Shown here: positions 35,901 to 48,407 of the stretch, one piece after another
How the letters are laid out: each line of letters begins with the position of its first letter
Numbering within the stretch: position 1 is the first letter of the stretch
NCBI GenBank assembly: GCA_965235115.1
Contig: OZ249436.1
Coordinates: 32,552,001 to 32,616,000 of the forward strand
Reading direction: 5' to 3'
From: Laetmonice hystrix
Lineage: Eukaryota
DNA: 64,000 nt
Notes under the pieces: generated by a model
Databases searched by the model: none
Told to the model about the DNA's origin: nothing
The model's input: the letters and a program-made list of their open reading frames with translations, nothing else
Translations under genes and position numbers: made by a program

Positions 35901-38900
35901 TTTCAAATCAAGGTAGGTTTTAATTATATAATCGAGGAACTTCTTATAGGGTCTCAATTTTTACCTTTTCTTTAAAAGTTTTTTATATTTTAAAAAGTGT
36001 CACCTTTTAAGCATTGTATTGATTCAAAATTACATACCAGTATCATGTAAAGTGTTATTTCTAAATGAACTGAATGTGATTTACTGTTGATATTCTTTTT
36101 CAGTTTGTTAGGTCCATCGAGGCACTGGCGTGTATTTTTTAGACAACAAGAAGCATTTGATTTTGCCCGTTCTGCTGCCCAGGTATGTACTAAGAGGAGG
36201 GTATGGAGTATCCAACTACAGAATTTTATCATTTGCTGGGGTGGCTCTAAGAATTCAGGGGGTTAAAAGAGGGAGATATGGCCGGGCTGAGCCAGATCAA
36301 TTCGGAAAGTTGTATGGCGAAAAAAGAAAACCCAAAGGGGGGGGGACCCTTGGATCTGCCAGTGATTTGTACAAGTCAAGTGTAATAAAGGTGCCCTTTG
36401 AAAATATATGTATTTGTCATTTACATGTACACAATTTACAAGTTTGGAAGAGTTACTTATCATGTTGGACCACTGCCATATTCTTTGTTCCTAAGTTGTT
36501 TTAAACTTTGTTTCTGCCCAAAATTTAATATTTCCTGTTTTTTGTTTTTTTTAAAAGGATTTGAAGGTTTTCTCATATGAAAGTGATGTTTTTCCTGAAA
36601 GACATGGACAGCGGTTGTTCTTGGCAGCAAGTATTCCTCACTTCTGGCATTACTACAGGCAAGTTGTTTTTATACTGCGAGTTACATTGTTGATAACTAA
36701 ATAGATTTGAGTGAGTATATTTTAGATTATGCTGTAAAGATATGTGACCAAATTCAGTTTGAATTTAAGAAGTTCTTTTGAAGGGATATTGTATAAGGAA
36801 TTTTAGGTTTTAAAGATTTTCTTACTGGAACTTTCAACACGTGTCTGAAATTTTTTCAGCCAACTGTCCTCGCCCCATCGACATCACTATGAGGTCATAC
36901 CTGAAGGTAAGATAAAAGATTGAAAATGAATCATTCATGTCAATACTGTATTTTCCCTGTTTAAATAGTTGCAGATTCAGCAGTAACATGAAAGCAAAAA
37001 AAGCACAATAGTTGTATAACTATACAAATCTTGCAAGACTTTGTTTGTATTCTTGCAGGTGCAGTGTGTCATTTGTACTTTGACCTTGAGTTTAACAAAG
37101 TCATCAATTCAGGCTGCGATGGGGTTGCCCTTGTGGCCATCTTTATAAAGGTAGGGAGAATTACTTTGTACACATTGATAATCATAGGCATTACTATTAT
37201 CCAAAAAGTTTAAGAACAAAACTATTACACGTGATCTGAGAATTTGAGTGTCAGTGGTCTTCAAAATAGAATTGAACTTCTAGTATCACAAAAAAATGTA
37301 CTTGATATGGAATACTTGATGACATTTATCACTCATAGTATGTGTGCGGCATGCTGAAGGAGTTGCACAACGTTGCCTGTTCCCCAGATGATGTGCTTCA
37401 GCTTGATGCAAGGTTTGTCTTAGAAGTTTGCTAAGGTTGTTCTTGGGCTTCAATGGAAACTACTTTCCAGGAGGGTAGTCATGACATTATCTAGCCTCGG
37501 ACAACTCTAAGCTAGAGAGGACCCCGGTCTCCATGTAAAGTGACTTAAGAACTCCCATAGTTGGCTTGAAAAAAGTGAGCTATTGCCTTAAATTGTAATG
37601 TAACTAATGCTTCTGCAGGTCACTCAAGTTGATTTTGGTTTGTGTCAGTGTTTGTCTTTTTTTATGACTGCAGCACAAATGAAAAGTTCAGCAATCACTT
37701 GGTGTTTCACCTTGACAATGCTGTTTTCAGGGATAACATCCATGCTGGTAGGTGCTGGAACTGTCTTACAGAAGTGTTAGCTGACTGTACAGTACTTAGT
37801 TAGAAAGGGACATGACTCACAGGAGAACTGTCTTGGGCATCCTTAGACTGTCAGTACAGACTACAAGTATTAATGACTCCAAAATGGAGACATGGGCTCT
37901 TAGGTTAGATGAGGCCTTAGAGTACTTAGACTACATAAATCAATAAACGTATTCTCACAGCAATGGAGAAATCTAATAAAATTCAACATTCATGGTGCCC
38001 GTTGTCGCTATGAACCGAATGGCTCATGGCTGGTTGTTGACCTGGCATTGACTTGAACAGCCAATGAAATTGATTGGGCGATGAACCAATGATTAATATA
38101 GTCCAAGGCCTTATCTAACTTGAGAGCCCATGTCTACATTTTGAAGTCATTGAAATGCGAGATACTGCCTGTTTGCTTTCAGGTATATATGGTTCAGCTG
38201 TATTGGATTTATGAGATCTAGCCACCTGTAAATGTTTTAATTCCTGTCACTGTAACCATTTGCTATTACATACTTTGTATACATAATCATTTTCCAATAG
38301 TGAGAACCTAGAACTATTCTTATGGACAATTACATGTACCAAATACTTTTTCTGCAAAATTTTACAACAGTCCTGTTTCTGGTATTGAGCAGGCCTCTTT
38401 GTGCATCACCTCTGTGATGTGCTATTGGTAACAGTCGAATGCGTCGCCAACAACGGAAGCACAGCAGACCCACCCGTATGCACCCATGAAGTGAAATGCG
38501 ACAAGGGCACAGCTCCGAAGGATGCCAATGACAGCCCTGATGGTCATCATGCTCATGTCTCCAGCAAAGATGGCCCAAAAGAATGTGATACGAATCAACC
38601 CTGGACACCTTGTGGTAGAGACTGCAGGTCTCAAGGCATGGACCAAGTGTGGCTTCATGGCAATGGTCTGTCTGTGGATGATCTAGCCAGGCTCATTGTG
38701 AAAGATAAACATGGAAATAAAGTCTTATTCTGTGATACAGGTAAAGTCTGACAGGTGCAGCATGCCAGTGATCTGCTTTATAGAACCTTCAGCAATCCAA
38801 GATCTTGTGTGAGAACCCCATATTGGATTTTTGCCATTTATTACATTGAGCATGAGGCAATGATCAAAACTTTAATGTTCTCTTGAACACTTACCTGAAG

Positions 38901-41068
38901 CCGTTTTAAAATTAAAACAAAAGGAATCTAGTACTATACATCATTAGCTTTATCCCACTGTGTGAGTTCATTGTTATCTTATCGAGTCAATAGTCAGGCC
39001 ATTAAATGTTTCAGGTGTCTACACAAAGAACAGAAACTTCCGCCTGTTTCTTTCATGTAAGCTTGGCAAAGCGAACCCCCTACTGATTGCAGATCAGAAC
39101 CTGTATAAACCCAAGGCCACCAAGGAAATGTTGCCGATTGATATCAGGAAGCAACTGTTTCTAGATTCTCTCGTCACAAATATACCGTGAGTTAGTTTGA
39201 CAGTTGTCTTACATGTTTGTGTGCAAGCGATTTGTTGCACACAGGTTATAGCCATACTTGAAGGTGCACCTCCATACCTGCCAACCACCCCCAATTTAAT
39301 TGGAATGTGCTCGATTCTTACGTTTCCAGATCACAAAATATCGCGACTTCCGATTTTTGCCAAAAGAAAAAAAAAAGAAATTTGTTGACCATAATGATTA
39401 ATTTCATGATTGATAGCTAATAATGCCAACGTTTAAGGCTCAAAACAGCCCTTGCAAACACCACCTGCACTACTCACACAGGGGGACTGCCACTGGACCC
39501 TGCAGGGGGGCTAGGTGGCCCCGCTCGACCTCCGGGCAGTATCGTGTTCCTATTTCTGAATTTCTAATGTTGGCAGGTATGCGCCTACCTTCAGTATTTT
39601 ATTCATGTTTATCTTTCTGTTAATGGGAAACGTTTTTGTTGACAGCTTTATGACATTTAATGAAACTCCTTTTTAATGCCGAAACACTTACACACACATA
39701 CAATTGCATTCTGTGGTTCTTTGTGACAGCTACACCGAAGGGCTTCGCTTGCTGTCAGGAAGTGGATCCAGGTGTAACTGTGGAAAGGAAACTCGCTTTG
39801 CTTCTACAGTCTCAAGTCCTAAATCTGGTGGGTTTCCCATGGGCCTGTTATTTTTCTGCAGAACATTATGCCTTAAACTAGTTAGCATGAACATTATGGC
39901 TTGAAAAACGGTTAGACCTTATATGCTGCCTTCTGTTACTTTAGGACTTTGGGATGTATTTGGTGGCAAAATATATAAATATATAATGTGCTTTGGTCTC
40001 TTACTAGATGCAGGCTACATGTAATGTCAGGCTTCAGGGATGTAGTTGTTCACAGTAATAAAGAGCCCCTCCTTGCCTCGTTTAAATTGTTTTCCCTGAC
40101 TGGAAATCTCGAACTCAAGAAAAGCTGCCCTGGTTGATTTGTTTTCCCCTGCATGCAGCATTCGTCGAGGGGATGAGTATTGACTCTCCTTACCCTGAAG
40201 TGGATAGATTCGTGTCCTCAGTGATCCACTGGGGAGGTGTAGTTGGTACCATACGTCGCTGGGCCTACTTTCAGCAAGGAGAGCTACTGATCTACGACAT
40301 TGCACACAATCGATGGTGTCACAACATTGGCCGAGCACATCACAGTAACAACATAATGTAAGATTCCCTCACTTTCTTTTATTGTTGTGAAACTACCATT
40401 CTAGGTGAAACATGAAGGATTCTATTGTTAATTAAATACTTGAGAACTTGATTTTTTTACTTGCAATAAAATTTATAATAATTTGACTTTATGATAATGA
40501 TAATGATAATTTCAGATTTCCTTTCAAGATGTAGTTTTTATTTACTGTAACATTTGCATTTACGAATGCAGGGTGGTTGCTGACCTTCAGCGAGGAGTGT
40601 ACTACCAGAAATGTCATGACCCATCCTGTAGGGCAGTCAACTATAAGTCTCCAGGTAATGCACTGGTACAATTGACACCTTACCAATATTTGTGTGTTTG
40701 ACATCTCTACTAATAATTAGTGTGAAGACAAAAGTTCAGTAGAATGAAAGGTATACTTTACAGGACTGATTTCCTTTCCAGAGTGGCCTCTGCCAAACAA
40801 TGTCCTGCCATCAAACTACTTTCAAGATGGGAGTGATTTTGAGCTCGGATATGACGTAGCTGATGATGATACTGACTTAGATGACGATGTGTTGTTGAAA
40901 GCCGTCACTGACCTAGAACAAAGCCAGAATAAACAGCATGAAGACTATGTCCAGAAGCAAAGAAGCAAAAACTGCTGCGAAGAGTTTGAGCTTGATGACC
41001 ATGACCTTTTGGAGGCAGTGACAGATCTGGAACAGTCCGTTATACCGGAGAAAGTTGCTTTGAAGTAA
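32921..41068 (+). CDS. PRIMPOL: DNA-directed primase/polymerase PrimPol (~14 coding exons)
   Basis: Exons give WRVFFRQQEAFDF, GQRLFL, HHYEVIPEGAVCHLYFDLEF (AEP motif I DxE), EKFSNHL (SxH), FCDTGVYTKNRNFRL, SPYPEVD, zinc finger RWCHNIGRAHHSNN...YYQKCHDPSC, and an acidic C-terminus. The first exon (32921-33009) is phase-consistent but less certain. Confidence 0.93.
34022..35513 (+). mobile_element. Helentron-associated (HINE/DINE-1-like) non-autonomous element in PRIMPOL intron 1
   Basis: 5' subTIR ATCCCATCCCC (34028) with nearby inverted copy (34044), (GTA)n microsatellite, internal ~120-bp degenerate repeats with GTCACGTGAC, 3' subTIR GGGGATGGGAT (35473), hairpin TTGTGG-TACT-CCACAA, and terminal CTAGTT. 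Confidence 0.75.
34692..34815 (-). repeat. Two tandem tRNA-derived (SINE-head-like) fragments
   Basis: Minus strand 34815-34747 has A-box-like TAGCACTGG and B-box GGTTCAATCCC followed by AGGCCGAGTCAC. A partial second copy lies at 34737-34692. Confidence 0.6.
37870..38164. mobile_element. Dispersed MITE family A, copy 2 (PRIMPOL intron)
   Basis: AATGACTCCAAAATGGAGACATGGGCTCT ... AGAGCCCATGTCTACATTTTGAAGTCATT; internal GGTTGTTGACCTGGCATTGA shared with the other copies. Confidence 0.85.
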
Positions 41069-41846
41069 CATTGTGTAACATAATTCTGGCTAAACAAATT
41101 TTCTATTTATCAATGGTGTCGATTTTAGCCAGAACAGATCACGTTTAGTTTATGTGGGATATAATATGACATAAATTGGGATTAGATCAGTAAGATCTTT
41201 ATTTAAATTCATAATCTCTCCTTGGCAAATAATACAAAATAGGGATTGCCCCTCCCCTTATTCTCTACTGAAGGGGAATTACTATTATGTGTGTCTATTA
41301 GAATATTTTATCATTGGGACCCTCAAAATAAATGTTGCTTTTATCTGCTATGTTCCGTTTATTTTGGTAAGCATGTGTATCATACATACTGGTACATAAC
41401 TTATCCGGGAAGATCCATTGTTTTCATCAGACATTGGAATATCTGCAGATGTGTGTCCTCTACTCGTTAACCATGAAAGGAGATGCCATATTTTCTTTTG
41501 TGTCTATTTGTGGCAGCCCTAGTCCCTCAAAATGAAATGTATATATGTATATATGCGCCTTGTATGAAAGTGGTGAAATGTCAGTCAAACCGAAAGATTT
41601 AATTATTTATGAAGGTCATAAATCACACATACACATTATGTGATCTATTTGTAAATGTTGGATTATTGTTTGTTATTCTTCTACTGTTATTCTTCTGTAT
41701 GTATGTTCCTAAGTAATTCATATGATGTTGCTTGAAATAATTTTGCAATGGTAATCATTCATAGTATTCCCAGGCAGCAGTAAAAACATTACTTGCTTCT
41801 CGTTAGATTTTACCACCCCTCTCAGGTGGATGATAGATTAAGATAA

Positions 41847-42903
41847 GCCCGCCGTACGCCCGTAGGCCCGCCGCAGACGACGAACAATCTTTCTTCTTCT
41901 AAGCCCTGCTTACATTTTTTTATGTATCATTTTGTGTTGTCCATGTCAACAGACAGACTGACCTTCATTCAGTTCTGATATGTAAGGCTTTTATGCTGTG
42001 TTCAGGGATCAGAATCTTCTGTCCCTTCATCAAGGGTTCTAATATCATATAATAGCATACCATATCGTGACCTTTCCCATTTTTTTGCGTTTTCTGTTGT
42101 TAGCCATTTTCAGTGCTGTGTGTTTTACCTACACATATGGGACCTAAAAGATAGTGTTTGTGCAGTGATAAGTATTAATTTGCCATGGTTATTCCCGTGC
42201 AGATTTTTAATAAGATAATATACAAAGTAATGTACATTTGAATGATATAACCATATTGTTTTTATAATTTTCTGACCAGGAAATATTAGAATTGTACTTC
42301 AAAAGTACAGTACGGTATGTTGGCAAATGTATAGGAAGAAAGTTACTCATCCTCCAGACTTTTTTTCATTTTGCATAATTGGTTGATATACATACGTGTA
42401 CTCTCTTCATATGGGCTCTCTAGATTATAGTTTCTATTAGGCTATAGCTATGCTGCTATAAGTCCACAGGAGCATCAGTACATGTAGTTATATATCAAGA
42501 GGTACCTGTGTTATGAATAAATTGTTCAGAGCTATCTTTCTTGTGATCATTCTTGCTAGTACACTAATCAGTTTGAAATACATGTGTACTGAAATACTGA
42601 ACGGTATAATGACATACACTGTACTGTGTACATGTTGTATTATTTTGGAAAATCGCCCCCTTCCCCCCATCCTCCATGCAATACGGCGTACCTGGGTTAC
42701 CTTTATAACTGCAGGAGCCTTGTTGGAACTTGAAGCAAGATGTAAACAAAGCGACGCGGTAGCCTCTTACTCTTAGCAGGCCCACTGTGACGAGTGTCAA
42801 GATTTGCGAATCATGCGTAGGGGACATCCCGGCAAGGCCCGCCGTACGCCCGTAGGCCCGCCGCAGACGACGAACAATCTTTCTTCTTCTAAGCCCTGCT
42901 TAC
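41847..42903 (+). repeat. Perfect 67-bp direct repeat, copies at 41847-41913 and 42837-42903
   Basis: GCCCGCCGTACGCCCGTAGGCCCGCCGCAGACGACGAACAATCTTTCTTCTTCTAAGCCCTGCTTAC occurs identically twice, 990 bp apart. Confidence 0.95.
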
Positions 42904-43186
42904 TGCTTAGATCCTTTCTAAAACCGGGGCCTGAATCGCGTGAGGTTCACGTTTACAAAAACCATAGACCTATATGACAAAAAACAACCCCCACAACATC
43001 CTTTAGACCTTACCGCCGCACACCGGTCAACTTTGACAGCTCCCGACCGACGCATCACGCACGTGGGTTTGTTTACTTCCGTGCCGTGTGAATAACGTCA
43101 TTGAAAGGTGCGTATCACGTGAGAGGTTTTCCACAGAGGAGTGCAAAAGATACATGCTGGGGGGACTTTAGGTTTTAAAAATCATC

Positions 43187-46100
43187 ATGAGTACGACAAA
43201 TGGAAATAGTGATCCTGTCATATTGGCCACGGCAAGTTACGATCACACCATCCGCTTCTGGCAAGCTCACAGCGGTATATGTCATCGAACCGTGCAGCAC
43301 TCTGACAGCGTATCCTTGACGCTTGAGTCAAGTTGAGAGCGGGTAGTGCAGTGCAGCCTATGGCATGCTATGGCCATAGTCAAGTACCACCCACAGTCAG
43401 AGTAGGCCCTACCACCCAACCCACGAATCCTTGTTTTTTCAAAGGGTTACGCCATCGCCATAGACTAGAGCTATAACAACACCCTCACATAAGGGTGGTA
43501 CTACAGTAACTCATCATGGGTTGACTTAGGTGGTACTTAACTTTGACTGTGGCCACCCACAATGTTGTGAGTGTGGGTGGTACTTTAATTAACCCTGTGT
43601 GGGCTGTACTGTAGTGTTGTAGTGCATAGTGGGTGGAGGGTGGAGGTGGGGAGGGCAGCAGAAGCAGACCTGCATTTTGCGGGAGTCTCACGCATTTGAA
43701 CCCCTAATTTCTCCCGCACTGCCCCACACTGCTGCGCGCCCAGTGCATTCTCATGCAAAACTCATAGAAAATTAGCATTATAGTAACATTAAACATAGCC
43801 ATAGGCTATAGGCATAGATCTTACTACTCCAACAAGTCAAAAGTAAGATCTTACCAGATCCGACACTCAGCCGAGTCTCCTCCCCCTCTTTATCAGGCCG
43901 CCGCAGACAATGAACATGTTTACGAACATTTGTACACGAACAAAAATCCGCTCAAACAGTTTATTTTTCATGAACAATTGTTCGTCAGTATTCAACACGC
44001 AGATGTTTAACAGAAATTCGTGGTTTACCGCAGACGAACATTGGTTCGGAAATAGTAAACATGTTGAACACCAACGATCAATTGTTTGCGTTTTGATCAC
44101 TGCACACGAGTGGATTTTTGTTCGTGAAAAACGGTACTCAAACATGGGATAAATGATCACAATAGGGAGCCGAAGTAGGTCACGAGATGTTGCGTTACAA
44201 CGCGATAAAAGTCGATTTTGTTGACACGTCATTATCGCTCACGCTTGTTTAGCATTGCGCCGGCCATAGGGAGCGGCGACTGTCAACTTTAACTTGTGAT
44301 TTCTCTGTAATTATGCTGCCCTTTGTAATGAAACCTTCCCAGATATTTGTATCAACCTGTTTTATGCTTGAATAAGTAACTGTTATACATAACAACATAA
44401 AAATCTTCAAGACTAGGCCGATCTTTGGAACGATGTCTCTTCATCCTATGTTAAACCAATGGGGAAATTTGTGACGCAACAATTGTGTGTCAACATTGAC
44501 GCTCCATTTGTACCTCCTATCCAGAAAATCCGTAACTGTGTCACGAGACTTCGGCTCCCTATAACCATAGTGTTTTGAAAATATATGTAATCAGAACCTC
44601 CAAAATGAGCCAATGAGGTCCCACAAAATGTTCTGAACCTCCTGCAAGCAGGTAGAAAATAGCAGTAAACCATACTATATGTGGCCCCAAGTTTTAAGGT
44701 TAGCAGCACGAACCTTAAACTATCACTAAAAGAGAAGACAGATGATTTTTTGGGCCCAGACCTGAGTCCTGTAAATGTAAAACTAAAACATTTACTAGTA
44801 AATTTAAGATTTCAGGCTCTGCAAAATTGTAGTTTTACTTTTTAGGCCAGTCCTCACCCCCCCCCTGCAAAAGTGATTGGTGAATAAGTGTAAACTTGTA
44901 TGTTTAAATATCCAAGTTATTGCCTTGACATAGTTTAGCAGGTCAATGCATTGGAGATCACTCCAGATAAGCAGTTGATAGCAGCCGCAGGTATGTTAAT
45001 TTGGAATCATTTAAAATTATTTGAGACATTCAGATACTCCTAACAATGCTAGGCTTATAAATATGATAATTATAATTCAAGATGCTTTAAATTATGTCCT
45101 TCAGGGCTGTGTTCAAAATCAAATGTATTAGAAACCTAAAAATTGAAGAAAAAATATGCAGTGAAATTCATTATTGCTGTTTCTGAATTGCTTCCCTTTT
45201 CATGCATAGGAGGACGTGATTATGAAATTGAGCACTGATGATGTTTGATTCCTGTTCCAATAATTTCAGGCTATCAACATATCCGTATGTATGACCTGAA
45301 TTCAACCAACCCAAACCCTGTGATAAATTATGATGGTATAGCAAAGAATGTGACGGCAGTGGGATTCCATGAAGAGGGCAAATGGATGTACACAGGTGGA
45401 GAGGATAATTCAGCACGTATCTGGGACCTTAGGTAAGGAAATCAAATCAAATGCATTATGTAGTGGATCTCAATTCAAAGAGAATCTCTGTGGCCCGAGC
45501 TCCATATGTTTGATCAAATTATTAGTCTAATTGAGTCGAGGGTGAGAGAATCATAGATCATCATCATTAATGTTGTTATAAAGGAATACACATGTAGCAG
45601 TACATTCCTAGGTCAAGAGCTTCTATTTATATCAGGTTAAATCTGTAGATTGCTGAAATTGTCTTTACTTGAAATAAACTATTATAATTCTTTTATTCGA
45701 AACATGTAAAAGACTATATTTGAATGCACAGGTCACGCAATCTTCAGTGTCAGCGCATCTTCCAGGTGAATGCACCCGTAAATTGTGTGTGCCTACATCC
45801 GAACCAGGTAAGTTTCTATTCTTTCCAGGCAAACTGGCATGATTTCTTGATATTTATTAAGAAAGAAGGAAAAAGAAAAACATGATAGAAACAGCAAAAA
45901 CACTACAACTCTTATTAAGGACATACTGTATATGATAAGTTATCACATGGGCTCAGTAATTCATGGGTGTTTTTGTGTCTTTTATGGAAATTCATGTGAG
46001 ACTTTTATTTCAACTCAAATCAGGTTAATAATGGGCCTAAATTCCAACTTCGTTATAATACTTTTGATTTCAGGGTGAATTGTTTGTGGGTGATCAGAGT

Positions 46101-48407
46101 GGAGCAATTCATGTGTGGGACCTTAAAACTGATCATAATGAGCAGTTGGTGAGTTTACCCATATCTTAGTGCCCTGATTAGGCCCTCACATATCTGATAG
46201 TTTACCTTTAAAAAATTACATTTTGATAACAGTTGTCTGCATTTGAGTATCAGATCAGATCTAATTTTATGCTTCAAATTTTTATATAGTACATTTCGTT
46301 ACAAAATCATATTCTCTCTTGCCTGGTAGACTTATTTTAGTAGATGGACAAAACTAAGATTTCTTCCAATATTCAACAGGTTCCTGAGGCAGATGCTGCC
46401 ATTCAGTCTATTAGCATTGACCCAGATGGCACCTATATGTCAGCTGTAAATAATAAGGTATGTGCAGTGAATGCATGATGAAACACATTACATGTACATG
46501 TATATCCAATAATTTGCAACTTCTAGCTAGGAAGAAAAAGAAATATAGGAATGCAAAAATGTTTGTCGGAATAAAATTTTGCTACACGTATAGTGATCAT
46601 TGCAATGCATGATTTACAAGTAAAATATGTGAAATGTTATGCTATTGACAAAAGATGTGTTGAAATAAAATAGTTATAATGTATACATAATGCCAGCCAC
46701 GTATAATGAAGAATGAAGTTGACGTAATTGGTAGTTGATAGAGAGAGTATAACTCCCCTTACTATGGATAGATTGAAACCAATTGGACATCCTATGAACT
46801 TTGATGAAGGGTCGGTGCTATGTGTGGACCATGACTGGCGGGAGAGGAGAAGAGGCCACACAACTTCATCCCAAAACAAAGATTAATGCGCATGAGAGAT
46901 ACAGCCTTAAGTGTCGCTTCAGTCCAGACTCTACGTGAGTAACAAACTCTTTAACATTTGGTCTCCGATGTTGCAGTATTCATCGGTCTGCGATGTTGCA
47001 GTATTCATCGGTCTCTGATGTTGCAGTATTCATCGGTCTCTGATGATGCAGTATTCATCATAGGAAATTAAAGTGACACCAAACAATTGAATATTGGAGG
47101 CCCATTTCACTAAGCTGGCGTTGTTGCCCGTCATAAATGTCGCCCGGTGCGGCCCATGTCAAAGCAATGGGTGATGTCGCCAGAAAGGGCGCCATTTGAC
47201 CTTAGATGGGGTGGCGACGTCTCCGGCTTAGTGAAACAGGGTCTTGATTTCAACAGCAGTCCTACCCTAACCATTTGTGATACTGAGTTTAGAGCACCGT
47301 GGTCTGGCCTTCAAACAGCCAGAGCACTCCCGGTGGCTGCGTCTGAGGCAATACTAAAATTTATATGACTGTAATTCACCCTTTACCCTTGAAATGGCAC
47401 TGTTAAACGTATAATAAAAAAATCAACATGAGTGGATTTAGGCTGGTGCTTGAAGTCCAGTATTCAGTTAACACTGCTAAAATGATTGAAGGGGCTGTAT
47501 GATACTGTTGTCATTTTATATTGTAGTTTATTAGCCACAACGTCAGCAGACACAACTGTTCGCATCTGGAAGACTGCAGATTTCACATTGCTGACAGAGC
47601 TGAAGGAGACAAACCAACGCTGGGTCTGGGACTGTGCTTTCAGTGCTGACTCACAGTATATAATCACAGGTAGGTTGGACTAGCCATGAAATTAGTGAAG
47701 GCAGAAAATTAGATTTCTAGGTGTGAAAGTTAGTGAGGCCAGTGAAAATCTTTATCCTTGGGCCTGGCTAGTAACCTTGTAGTAGTGCTCCAGGTGGAGA
47801 TGATGCAAAAGCATTATGTCCTGCAGTATTTCTATTATAGATCCATTGCTAATTGAAGGTACAAATGACAACAGGTTAATCATTAGACTGCATACCATGG
47901 TTCATACTGAGGCTTTATCTGTGTTAATGCAAAATACCAGTTTATTTAAAGCAATCTCTCATTTCAATGACTCCATAATGCAGACATAGGCTGCTAGGTT
48001 AAATGAGGCCTTAGACCACATAAATCAACAGATGTCTACTAGCAGAAATGGAGAAATCTAATGAAATTCAACTCCAGTTGCTTGTTGTCGCCATGAAGCA
48101 AACGTCTCATTGCAGGTTGTTGACCTGGCATTGACTCGAACAGCCGATGAAATTCATCGGCCGATGAACTGACAGCTCACGTCTGCATTTTGAAGTCATG
48201 AAGAAATGAGAGATACTCAGTGATTGCTTTAAAGGTTTTGTGTTTGAATTGTGGTTGGAAGCTTTATTCTATCATATGTCTGTTGCAGCCTCTTCAGACA
48301 ACATGGCTCGGTTATGGACTGTGGAAACGGGGGAAGTAAAACGGGAGTACAGTGGCCATCAAAAAGCTGTGGTCTGCCTGGCATTTCGAGACGATGTACC
48401 TGAATAA
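43187..48407 (+). CDS. MLST8: Target of rapamycin complex subunit LST8 (WD40)
   Basis: [115 protein letters not shown]...[15 protein letters not shown]; about 10 coding exons. Confidence 0.96.
43310..44938 (+). other. U12-type (minor spliceosome) GT-AG intron 1 of MLST8
   Basis: Donor GTATCCTTG; branch-like CCTTGAC (44923-44929) about 10 nt from the AG; no polypyrimidine tract. Confidence 0.88.
46960..47059 (+). repeat. 25-bp tandem repeat x4
   Basis: Unit GATGTTGCAGTATTCATCGGTCT(CT/GC) in an MLST8 intron. Confidence 0.92.
47097..47243. mobile_element. Short Harbinger-like MITE (degenerate)
   Basis: GGCCCATTTCACTAAGCTGG ... CCGGCTTAGTGAAACAGGGTC inverted ends. Confidence 0.55.
47954..48214. 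mobile_element. Dispersed MITE family A, copy 3 (MLST8 intron)
   Basis: ATCTCTCATTTCAATGACTCC ... AAATGAGAGATA; interior homologous to copies 1 and 2. Confidence 0.85.

Noticed and set aside
41960..42036. C/D-box snoRNA on the minus strand (TTGATGA...CTGA...CTGA)
   Set aside because: Imperfect C box, weak terminal stem, and no rRNA/snRNA complementarity I could recognise. A snoscan/Rfam search would be needed.
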